Shown here piece after piece: positions 38,442 to 46,475 of a stretch of 64,000 bases of DNA. The notes under the pieces are model-generated. The model was not told the origin of the DNA. It made no database searches and saw only the letters and a list, made by a program, of their open reading frames with translations. Source of the DNA: a candidate division WWE3 bacterium GW2011_GWC2_41_23 (GTDB lineage Bacteria; Patescibacteriota; WWE3; UBA101185; UBA10185). The stretch spans positions 11,421 to 75,420 of the forward strand of contig LCBB01000005.1 in the NCBI GenBank assembly GCA_000996895.1, in the 5' to 3' direction. Position 1 is the stretch's first letter. Each line of letters begins with the position of its first letter. The position numbers and the translations under genes are program-made.

Positions 38442-39563
38442 GTGAGAAGTGTACTTGCATTTGTAAAATTATTATTTCTTCCGATTTTAGCCGCAGTTGT
38501 GCTGTTGGTTGTATATCCTATTAACAAACCACAGGAAGAAATAAAGAATCCTATTGCTGAAACGGTCCCTGAGGAACCCGAAACATCTGCGTTTGAAGAA
38601 GAAATTGAGCCCATACCCGACCGGTTACCAACGTCAAAGACTTTGGTAAACGACTACCACATCTACCAAACCTTTAATAACTGCGGTCCTGCGTCTTTAT
38701 CAATGGCTCTTTCGTACTACGGTATCAATGTTTCCCAAAAGACACTCGGTGACCAGCTAAGACCTTTCCAAAACCCGCAGGGGGACAACGATGATAAAGC
38801 TGTAAATCCCGAAGAGCTGGGGAAAAAAGCAGAAGAATACGGGCTTCTCTACTATCTCCGCCCGATGGGAACCCCCGAGCTTATAAAAGAATTTATTTAC
38901 AACGACATTCCCGTGATTGCCATAACCTGGCTTAAAGATGAAGAGTATATCGGGCATTTCCGCATTATAAAGGGATACGACGACAGCAAGGGCGTCTTCA
39001 TACAAGATGACTCTTATCAAGGAAAAAATCTGGAGTATACGTATAAGGATCTCAATAAACTGTGGAGTGCTTTTAACTACCAATACATAGTTTTGGTGAG
39101 ACCTGCACAAAAAGAGACAGCAGAAAAAATATTAGGTGAGAATGTTGACGAAAAAAATGCCTGGCAAAGCGCGAAAAAAGAATCGGAAAAAATGTTGGAA
39201 TCTAACCCGGAAAGTATTTATGACCGGTTTAATCTTTCGGTAGCCGATTATTATTTAGAAGATTATGAGGGGGCGGTTGAATCTTATGAAATGGTTACCG
39301 GCCGTTTACCTTTTAGAATGCTTTGGTATCAGATTGAACCGATTTTGGCGTACGAAAAGCTGGGCGACGACGAAAAGGTTATGGAAATGACGGCTGAAGT
39401 TTTGGATAACGAGAACAGGGCTTTTTCCGAACTATACCAGATTAGGGGGCGTATTTTAATGAAACAGGGGTATTTAAGTTCCGCGAAAGAAGAGTTTAAG
39501 AAAGCCCTCTATTACAACGAAAACTACCAGCTGACAGATGAGGAACTCGCGTTGTTGGACTGA
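38442..39563 (+). CDS. C39-like cysteine peptidase with TPR repeats
   Basis: QTFNNCGPASL, GHFRII.GYD and a TPR-like helical C-terminus. Confidence 0.82.
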   Translation: MRSVLAFVKLLFLPILAAVVLLVVYPINKPQEEIKNPIAETVPEEPETSAFEEEIEPIPDRLPTSKTLVNDYHIYQTFNNCGPASLSMALSYYGINVSQKTLGDQLRPFQNPQGDNDDKAVNPEELGKKAEEYGLLYYLRPMGTPELIKEFIYNDIPVIAITWLKDEEYIGHFRIIKGYDDSKGVFIQDDSYQGKNLEYTYKDLNKLWSAFNYQYIVLVRPAQKETAEKILGENVDEKNAWQSAKKESEKMLESNPESIYDRFNLSVADYYLEDYEGAVESYEMVTGRLPFRMLWYQIEPILAYEKLGDDEKVMEMTAEVLDNENRAFSELYQIRGRILMKQGYLSSAKEEFKKALYYNENYQLTDEELALLD

Positions 39564-40150
39564 GGATAGTCTATTTTTTTAGAGAACAAAAACTGTGTGT
39601 GTGCTCCGAGTTTTTCTTCAAATTTATTTTGCAGTTCTTTGTCTATTTTTCCGGTGTCGAAAACTACCTTGCTGTACCCATCGCCTGTGGATTTCCACAT
39701 AACCAATGCTGAAGATAAAGCCGCTATCTCTTCCAACCTATCATTTCCTTTTACTTGGACAAAAAGTTTAGGTAAATATCCGTGTCTTATGTAAAAATTC
39801 TCAGCGTCTCCGAGCGCTCCCAGTAAAACTTCTTTTTTACCGTGTTTCCGGGCAACTTCTTCCATCGCTAAAAGTAGCTTTGACCCAATTCCCTTTCCTC
39901 TCGCCGTTTCTGAAACCGCAAGCTCTCCTATTAAAAGTGTTTCGGTGTCTTGATCCGAAGAAAATATCACCCCTTCGAGTATTCCAGCAGGTTTAAACAC
40001 CAAAACATATTCAGGATTTTTTGCGTAAACGTTTTTATAGAATTGTAGGTTTCTGGGATGTGTGGCGTCGAAGTTAAGTATGTTATCGGCGAAGGTATAA
40101 GCGGTTTCGAGTTCAGTAGTGTCTTTTGGTGGTATAAGTGCGGGTTCCAT
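39524..40150 (-). CDS. GNAT acetyltransferase
   Basis: LAVSETARGKGIGSKLL and A..FY...GY motifs. Confidence 0.88.
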   Translation of the reverse strand: MEPALIPPKDTTELETAYTFADNILNFDATHPRNLQFYKNVYAKNPEYVLVFKPAGILEGVIFSSDQDTETLLIGELAVSETARGKGIGSKLLLAMEEVARKHGKKEVLLGALGDAENFYIRHGYLPKLFVQVKGNDRLEEIAALSSALVMWKSTGDGYSKVVFDTGKIDKELQNKFEEKLGAHTQFLFSKKIDYPQSNNASSSSVSW

Positions 40151-40230
40151 AATTTAATTATACTTCACTATCGCATAGGAAGTTAGACCATAAGAGACCA
40201 CGCCTTTAAGCTAGTTGGTATAATACACAC

Positions 40231-40734
40231 ATGGAAAAAAATAAAAATGTAGAAATTTTGACCGTAACCCCCGAGCATTGGGAGCTATATAAAGACATTA
40301 GACTGGACGCCTTGCAATGTGAACCACAGGCGTTCGGAAGCAGCTATTCCGGAGAAAAAACATTTACAAAAGAACAGTGGTTGGAAAGAATCGCAAACCG
40401 TTACAACGCAATTGCAGTTGAAGACGGGAAAGCCGTCGGTACTATGGGTGCTTACATAAGTAATGATGAGGTAGGAGAGATAGCAAACATTGTTGGTGTT
40501 TTCGTTACAAGTAAGGCACGCGGCCAAGGTTTAGGCTCAAAATTATTTGACTTTGTTTTAGCTAAAGTAAAAGAAGACCATAAATTATCAAAAATAACGT
40601 TAACTGTGAATAATGAGCAATTATACGCTGTGGGATTATACGAAAAGCTGGGTTTTAAGACCGTAGGCGAAGAAACTACATTAATGGGAGACGGAAAAGA
40701 ACATATAGAGCTTTTAATGGAACGCCGCGTATAA
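40231..40734 (+). CDS. GNAT acetyltransferase
   Basis: VFV...ARGQGLG and A..LYEKLGF motifs. Confidence 0.9.
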   Translation: MEKNKNVEILTVTPEHWELYKDIRLDALQCEPQAFGSSYSGEKTFTKEQWLERIANRYNAIAVEDGKAVGTMGAYISNDEVGEIANIVGVFVTSKARGQGLGSKLFDFVLAKVKEDHKLSKITLTVNNEQLYAVGLYEKLGFKTVGEETTLMGDGKEHIELLMERRV

Positions 40735-40794
40735 AATTCTTCCGGCTGTTACCGCAAAGTAATAAGAAATTTATAAATTTTCTCACACGTACCC

Positions 40795-40822
40795 TTGACA
40801 AATATTTTAAAAAAGGTAATAT
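40795..40822 (+). promoter_or_regulatory. sigma70-type promoter driving the non-coding unit
   Basis: TTGACA (40795-40800), 16-nt spacer, TAATAT (40817-40822). No substantial + strand CDS follows for more than 1 kb. Confidence 0.65.
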
Positions 40823-40825
40823 CAC

Positions 40826-41570
40826 TTCCACGTCTTTCAAGGAACTTTAAAAACAGAAAAGTAGCGAGGTAATGCAAATTACACTCCCGGAAAACTAACG
40901 ACGACGCGAGTCATCATTAGCAAACCCCGGAACAGGACACCAAGGTAAAGGAAAAATGGAACCGCAAATCACTACCATCCCCTTAAAAGGAAAAATAGAG
41001 ATACAAGGTCCCGTCATCCCTACTAGTAGCGAAAGCCACTACCCCCTTAAGACCGGTTGTTACACCCGAAGGATAGTTTGGAAGTCATGGAGCAGATTGG
41101 TGAAAACTAATTACTTCACGTAAACTTGCTAAAGATAACCGGAAGGGAATCGATAGAAGTATAACGTACCCGGACAAAGCGCAAGCCCAAATCCCCGTGT
41201 GACGCCCTGTATAAGGATATCAAACAAATTTCGTAAAGAGCCCAGAGGTAACACTCAAAGCTATTTCCAGCACCACACCCTGGAACTAAGACTCAAGGCA
41301 AAGGAAAAACCGAGCTTCTGACAAATACTACCATCCCCTTAAAAGGAAGATAGAACTCCAAAGCTTAGTAATTCCCCACTAGTCGCGAAAGCAACTAAAC
41401 CCTTGCACTTAGTTACGAAGACCCGAAGGATAAAAAATAAAGAACCGAGAAAGTCACACGAGCCAGGATCAGTGAATGTATGGAATATAGGGAACCCAGT
41501 CTGAAAGCGAAAGCTATCATACTCCCCTAAATACCAATACAAACATGAAGTCCTGGCTCTACCCTTTTTT
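40826..41570 (+). ncRNA. candidate large structured non-coding RNA with internal domain duplication (unassigned family)
   Basis: Upstream promoter, GNRA-capped stems, long-range helices (41053-41061/41134-41142; 41196-41203/41453-41460; 41461-41468/41551-41558), an exact 22-bp repeat (40971-40992 = 41327-41348) and a 3' T-tract at 41565-41570. Confidence 0.7.
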
Positions 41571-41700
41571 AATAAGTATTTTCGAGTACTCAAATAGTGG
41601 AGACAATTTCAAAAAAAACGGAGGAATCTGATTTGTGTTTTTAGCACCTGAGGATGTCAAAGAAATAATTTTCCTTTAACCTGAACGCCTTTTTGGGAGA

Positions 41701-41725
41701 AACAAAAAACCGCTTGGTAGCGGTT
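41701..41725 (-). terminator. intrinsic terminator (minus strand)
   Basis: Reverse complement AACCGC-TACCAA-GCGGTT-TTTTGTT. Confidence 0.6.
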
Positions 41726-41854
41726 AGATTAATTAGTTTCGTCCGGTCTATTAATTTTAAGACATTTGCAAAAGGGCATTTACTTCCTTAAGTATTTACT
41801 TTTGTAAAATGCGAGTCAATGATTTTCGGATTTAAAAAACTTTTTACGCACAAA

Positions 41855-41888
41855 CAAAAAATAACGGGCAGTGAATTCACCGCCCGCT
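41855..41888 (-). terminator. intrinsic terminator of the 41909..42502 gene
   Basis: Reverse complement GCGGGCGGTGAATTCACTGCCCGTTATTTTTTG. Confidence 0.7.
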
Positions 41889-41908
41889 AATTTTATTTTC
41901 AGCTCAAG

Positions 41909-42502
41909 TTAGTTGCTGAGTGTGTTTTGAGAAGGCATTCCTCTAAAACCTTGACCATCTCCGAAGCCACCACGTCCTCCGGGACCTCCGCGTCCTCCAA
42001 AGACGTCATATCCTAGTATTCCGTCCAAATCTACTCCCAGTGAGTCTACCCAAGCCTCTAAATCGGCTCTGCGTTGTTCCATAGAGTTTCTCATCTCATC
42101 CATTTTGGTCTGGCGCTCTTCTGCACTTAGATCAAACCAGCCGGCTGTGTCCCCTGCTCTATTTTGTACAGGTTCCATCTCAGCAAGTTTGGCTAAGATC
42201 TGAGTTTTCTGATCTTCTGTTAATTTACCGTCTTGAACTGCCTGGGTAAGTTTTGCCTCAATTTCTGCGTGACGGGTTGCCTGCATTTCCTGCATGCGCG
42301 TACCTCGCTCGGCCTGAACTTCTTCCATGACTTTGTCCACTTCGGTTGTGTTTAGACCAAATTTATCTACAAGTTTCTGAACTATTGGGGGATACTTACC
42401 CTGATATTGAGCAAGCACCTTGCTGTTGGTGAGGAAGATGGCACCTCCTAAGGCTATTGCCACAGCAACACCACCTAAAATTAATGTATTTCTTTTTTTC
42501 AT
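41909..42502 (-). CDS. secreted helical hypothetical protein with Gly-rich tail
   Basis: Start at ATG 42502 (GGAG SD). Signal peptide, LTQAVQDGKLTEDQ motif and RGG tail. Confidence 0.7.
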   Translation of the reverse strand: MKKRNTLILGGVAVAIALGGAIFLTNSKVLAQYQGKYPPIVQKLVDKFGLNTTEVDKVMEEVQAERGTRMQEMQATRHAEIEAKLTQAVQDGKLTEDQKTQILAKLAEMEPVQNRAGDTAGWFDLSAEERQTKMDEMRNSMEQRRADLEAWVDSLGVDLDGILGYDVFGGRGGPGGRGGFGDGQGFRGMPSQNTLSN

Positions 42503-42587
42503 TCTTTTTTCTCCGAAATTAATTACTAAATGGAAATTTAACAGTTGTTGCTGAGGGTTTGCTGAGACTTGCGCGTATAATAAAAGT

Positions 42588-42914
42588 ATGGAACCCGCTA
42601 CACCCCAAAAAACAATATCAGAATCAGCCTCCAAAGTAACAGTATTCCTCCTTCTAATGTTCTACCCGGTAGGGCTTATCGTTATGTGGTTTTGGCCGAA
42701 GTGGAAATTATGGATAAAGATAGGTTTAACTTTAATACCTGTAATTTTTATCGGAGCGGGGTTAATCGTACTTGCTTCCCTGGATTCCACACTTGATGAT
42801 AAGTTAAGACCTCTAAGAAATTGTATTGATGCCTGCAAGTCAGATACAGAAAATAAACTGTGTGTCCGCACTTGTGAAGAAAAGTTTATTGAAGATAACA
42901 CTTTAGGCTACTAA
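42588..42914 (+). CDS. small membrane protein
   Basis: FYPVGLIVMW...KW with a Cys-rich C-terminus. Leaderless TATAAT upstream. Confidence 0.65.
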   Translation: MEPATPQKTISESASKVTVFLLLMFYPVGLIVMWFWPKWKLWIKIGLTLIPVIFIGAGLIVLASLDSTLDDKLRPLRNCIDACKSDTENKLCVRTCEEKFIEDNTLGY

Positions 42915-42931
42915 ATTAATTGTAAGGGGCG

Positions 42932-43312
42932 TCAAACTGTTTCCGCAATCCCCAGCGTTTCTTTTACAATATCAACGATTTGTTTCGGAGTAGATTCGCT
43001 TTTGATTAGATATTTCACTGCTCCCATATATAAACAGGACTGAGCATCTTTTACATCGGCAAGACTGGTAAGGACAACTACGGGAATGTATGAAGTTTTA
43101 GCGTCTGCCTTTAAGCGTAGAAGAACCTGGAAGCCGTCCAGTACCGGCATCATGATGTCCAAAAGGATAAGAGAAGGTCTTTCTTCATGCACTTTCTTCA
43201 AGCCCTCTTCTCCGTCCAGCGCTGAAATTACTTCAAATTTTTCAATTTCAAATGCCGTTCTATAAAGATTCTGAATTTCATGATCGTCTTCAATAATTAA
43301 TATTTTGGTCAT
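42932..43312 (-). CDS. single-domain response regulator (CheY-like receiver)
   Basis: ILIIEDD, LLDIMMPVLDG, VVLT and YLIK motifs. Confidence 0.93.
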   Translation of the reverse strand: MTKILIIEDDHEIQNLYRTAFEIEKFEVISALDGEEGLKKVHEERPSLILLDIMMPVLDGFQVLLRLKADAKTSYIPVVVLTSLADVKDAQSCLYMGAVKYLIKSESTPKQIVDIVKETLGIAETV

Positions 43313-43408
43313 GTATTTATTATTACACGGGAATCTTTACGATGTATATATGTGGTTAAGTATAAAAAATAAACCACCTTTTTTGTTTATAAAAGGTGGT
43401 TTTTCGTG

Positions 43409-43624
43409 CTATGTGCTGTAAACCGGCTCATTAGCAACAGTACCCTCACTTTCTACTGGTCCCAAAAAATCGCTGACGAGGACTGATTTGGCGGACAGTT
43501 CTTTCAACTTTTGCGAATACGCAGAGAAAACTGTGCTGAAATCACGACCCGTCACTTCTAAACACTCCTCGCCCCTATCCCCGCACCCTTTTACGTAAAC
43601 AACGCGCCATTGCAACGTAATCAT
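43409..43624 (-). CDS. small hypothetical protein
   Basis: AAAGGAGAGG SD before ATG 43624, with a palindrome just after the stop. Confidence 0.5.
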   Translation of the reverse strand: MITLQWRVVYVKGCGDRGEECLEVTGRDFSTVFSAYSQKLKELSAKSVLVSDFLGPVESEGTVANEPVYST

Positions 43625-43791
43625 ATCCTCTCCTTTCACCATTAGTTTAATTGTAGGCTTGTTGCGGGTTGTTGTCTCGGGGTTTATGTCTACTATTCTA
43701 GCGTTACCCAACTCAACGATATTGTGGTATATTTATCCCCTGCTTGGTCGTATAAATCTGATACACCAGAATCGAGAAAGGGAGAAAATAA

Positions 43792-44424
43792 ATGAAAGCG
43801 AAGAGTCTGTTTTCACTAATGCTTGCAGTCGTTTTGATTGGTATGGTAGTGTCGCCAGTTTTGGCGGACAAGCCTGTCGGATTTGATCCTGTCACCGGTG
43901 AAGAAACCGCCTGGTCGAACAGCACTTGCGCCAAAATACAGAGTGGCACCATTCTTGACTCAGCAGGTAATCCTATCGAGGTAGGTTTTGATGAATTCGG
44001 TTATAACTATCAGGCTCACCTTTTTGAAGGGACCTACGATTCCGTGGACCGCAAAATTGATGGTTTGTACGGTAGTCAGAGCGGGGATTTTGTCGACGAC
44101 GCTTTATCTATGAAATGGTCCGATGATTGGCTATCAAACGTTGATTGTAATAACGACCAAAAACTGGATCGCGGCCTGGTAAATGGAGTCCCCTCGAGTA
44201 TTAGTAGTGGTTGGTTAACAAACCACGTGAATGGGGATTATATTGACGCGAACGGTGTCGAACAGCACTATACCTCTTTCGTTAAGATAGGCTATTTCGG
44301 ACCCGGCAATCCTCTTTGGGGATCTTACGCCATACTGGAAGAAGTTTACAACGATCCTGCGGGAGACTATCACGGGGTAACTATTTACTCGGATCCAGGT
44401 CTGGGGCATTTTATCACCAACTAG
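43792..44424 (+). CDS. secreted hypothetical protein
   Basis: Signal peptide ending PVLA, GFDEFGYNYQA and MKWSDDWL. GGGAG SD. Confidence 0.7.
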   Translation: MKAKSLFSLMLAVVLIGMVVSPVLADKPVGFDPVTGEETAWSNSTCAKIQSGTILDSAGNPIEVGFDEFGYNYQAHLFEGTYDSVDRKIDGLYGSQSGDFVDDALSMKWSDDWLSNVDCNNDQKLDRGLVNGVPSSISSGWLTNHVNGDYIDANGVEQHYTSFVKIGYFGPGNPLWGSYAILEEVYNDPAGDYHGVTIYSDPGLGHFITN

Positions 44425-44497
44425 ACACAACAATCTAGACGGTTGACCAAGCTTTAAACTCTGAGGAGACGCGGCCAAAAACCAACTCTCCTCATTT

Positions 44498-45316
44498 TTT
44501 TCATTTTATTTTCACTTTCGTGTGATAAAATGCCGCACCTAAGCCGATAGTGATAGAATATAAGTATGAAAAACAAATTAATAATGCTCCCGATCTTAGT
44601 ACTCCTTATTTTATTAGGAGTTTATTTTTATCAGTCGACAAATAAACCGGTGACGGAAAACCAAGCTCCCGCTCCCATCGTTAACGAACAACCAATAGCC
44701 GATGATACAAATAAAGCCGGCATGAGTAACCCGGCCTCAGATAACTGCATTACGAAAGGCGGCACTCTTGAGATAATTACGGAATCTGACGGGAGTCAGT
44801 TCGGGTTGTGCAAATTTAAAGATTATGCTTGTGAGGAATGGACACTTTTTAGAAATGAGTGTGATATAGAGGGAGATGCCTTAAAAATTAGGGAAGCACT
44901 GATTGCCAAAGGATTGGATTTAAGTAAAAGCGAAATAGTAATAAAAAATCACCTGGGCAAGTACATATCGGGATCGGTTAATCCTATTGATGAGATGGTG
45001 GGAGGCGGATACTTCTTCGCTGTTAAAGAAGGAGACATAGTTAAAGTTCTGGCTGACGGGAATGGCTCAATTTTGTGTAGTTCCTTTAAAGATTACCCGG
45101 ACTACTCAAGTTACCTAATACCGGAGTGCTATGACGAGGTAGCGGGTAAGAATATTACCAGGTAGTAAACGTCCGAGCATCTCCAACACGCTTCTGCCGT
45201 TTTAAAACGAGCTTTCCAAGTTCGGTGGAGGTTTTTCACTTTATTTTCATTTTCGTATGTTAAAATATCAGGCTTTATAAATATTTCATTTAATCTTCAT
45301 TTTCGAGTGGTAAAAT
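44498..45316 (+). repeat. three degenerate 34-bp repeats ending in TGnTAAAAT
   Basis: Copies at 44498-44531, 45233-45266 and 45283-45316. Confidence 0.7.
44566..45165 (+). CDS. DUF333-domain membrane-anchored protein
   Basis: GMSNPASDNC...GG ... G.C ... CEEW.LFR..C motif. Confidence 0.8.
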   Translation: MKNKLIMLPILVLLILLGVYFYQSTNKPVTENQAPAPIVNEQPIADDTNKAGMSNPASDNCITKGGTLEIITESDGSQFGLCKFKDYACEEWTLFRNECDIEGDALKIREALIAKGLDLSKSEIVIKNHLGKYISGSVNPIDEMVGGGYFFAVKEGDIVKVLADGNGSILCSSFKDYPDYSSYLIPECYDEVAGKNITR

Positions 45317-45356
45317 CCCAAATTTTGAAAAAAGATTTGTTGAATGGAAGTGCCTA

Positions 45357-45390
45357 AAAACAAACAACCCACCTGTTCCTGGTGGGTTGT
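45357..45390 (-). terminator. intrinsic terminator (copy 1)
   Basis: ACAACCCACC-tgttcct-GGTGGGTTGT with a minus-strand U-rich tail. Near-identical to 46419-46453. Confidence 0.75.
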
Positions 45391-45415
45391 TATCTAACGT
45401 AAGTCGAATTTTATA

Positions 45416-46123
45416 CTATCTATCCTTCTTTTTGCTTTGTTCAGGCATACCAGCTCTGGACTGAGCCACGTCATGTCTGACTTCTTTTTCTGCTGTGCTT
45501 ACATACCACCCGTGATTATCTTCAGGTCTTCCTATTTCATCTTCTGAATCTTCATCCTCATCTTCATCTTCATCCGGAATTGTGGTTTCTTCAATCTTCA
45601 CATTATCTAGTGCCGGTCCGAAGGAGCCAGCTGTTGTGCTAGTGAAGGTTAGTATCGTGTCCGTCGCAGTGGCCGTGAACGTGTATTTTTTTGGTAACCA
45701 CCCCATAGCAGCAAGTGTGCTATCTGTTGAATCAAATGTGTAATCTTCTTCTAAACCACCTGTGGCCATGACAGTCATGGTTTTATCTACCGGTCCACCA
45801 TCAGGGTTTCCAGCCATATCGAAAGTTACTTCATAAGTAGTTCCGATTACTGTAGTAAATGTCTGGCTGATCGAACCTGCTGCGGTACCGCTCATGTCGA
45901 TACTTCTACTGCCTTCGAATGCGGGCCAATATGTACCGATGTAGTCAATGGATCCTGAAACAATGGTCCAGTTGTCAATATTGCCAGCACCAGAACTAAG
46001 TTCTGTGTAGGCACCTGGGTCTGTACCCGTTTCGAAGCTTCCGTTTTCACCTAGTGCGAAAACCGGAGTAACAAATAGGGATAGCATCAAAACTGTAACG
46101 AAAAGGGGAATAAATTTTTTCAT
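45416..46123 (-). CDS. secreted choice-of-anchor C / DUF642-like protein
   Basis: NGSFE, W....GSIDYIG.YW, G..SID, FDMAGNPDG and GPALDNV motifs. Confidence 0.8.
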   Translation of the reverse strand: MKKFIPLFVTVLMLSLFVTPVFALGENGSFETGTDPGAYTELSSGAGNIDNWTIVSGSIDYIGTYWPAFEGSRSIDMSGTAAGSISQTFTTVIGTTYEVTFDMAGNPDGGPVDKTMTVMATGGLEEDYTFDSTDSTLAAMGWLPKKYTFTATATDTILTFTSTTAGSFGPALDNVKIEETTIPDEDEDEDEDSEDEIGRPEDNHGWYVSTAEKEVRHDVAQSRAGMPEQSKKKDR

Positions 46124-46418
46124 AATATTTTCACCGCCGTTCTTGAAAAATTGATACGAGTCCTAATATATGATGAGTGCGGAAACAAAATCTAATGTCT
46201 AGCGATGTGTTTATTTAACGAAGCTTCTTAACCTTACCCTATGAGATGTATCTAGTCAAAGTCACCAGACGACGGATTACCCTGTTGTTACGCACAATGC
46301 TACCCGTCGGTTAATTGCTGTAGTGATGGGGATTACAGCCTCTGTATCTTATAGTACGGATTTAAAATTTTTTAATCACTTCGTGAGTTTTAGTTGGGAT
46401 TTATTTAGTGACGTGTAG

Positions 46419-46453
46419 AAAACAAACAACCCACCTGTTCCTCGGTGGGTTGT
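46419..46453 (-). terminator. intrinsic terminator (copy 2)
   Basis: Identical to copy 1 except for one extra loop base. Confidence 0.75.
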
Positions 46454-46475
46454 CCTGTTGTTTAATGTCACTGTT

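Noticed and set aside
40826-41570. Identification as RNase P RNA, tmRNA, group I/II intron or tandem riboswitch
   Set aside because: I found no GAGGAAAGUCC P4 motif, no tRNA-like ends, no group II domain V, no interrupted host gene and no downstream gene to regulate. This is by-eye only and needs cmscan.
41339-41593. 84-aa minus-strand ORF
   Set aside because: TTG start, no protein motif, and it lies within the repeated structured region.
41620-41679. GGAGG followed by a 14-codon GTG ORF
   Set aside because: Too short to support without conservation data.
41728-41760. Hammerhead ribozyme (GGACGAAAC on the minus strand)
   Set aside because: The required CUGANGA core is absent at a compatible position.
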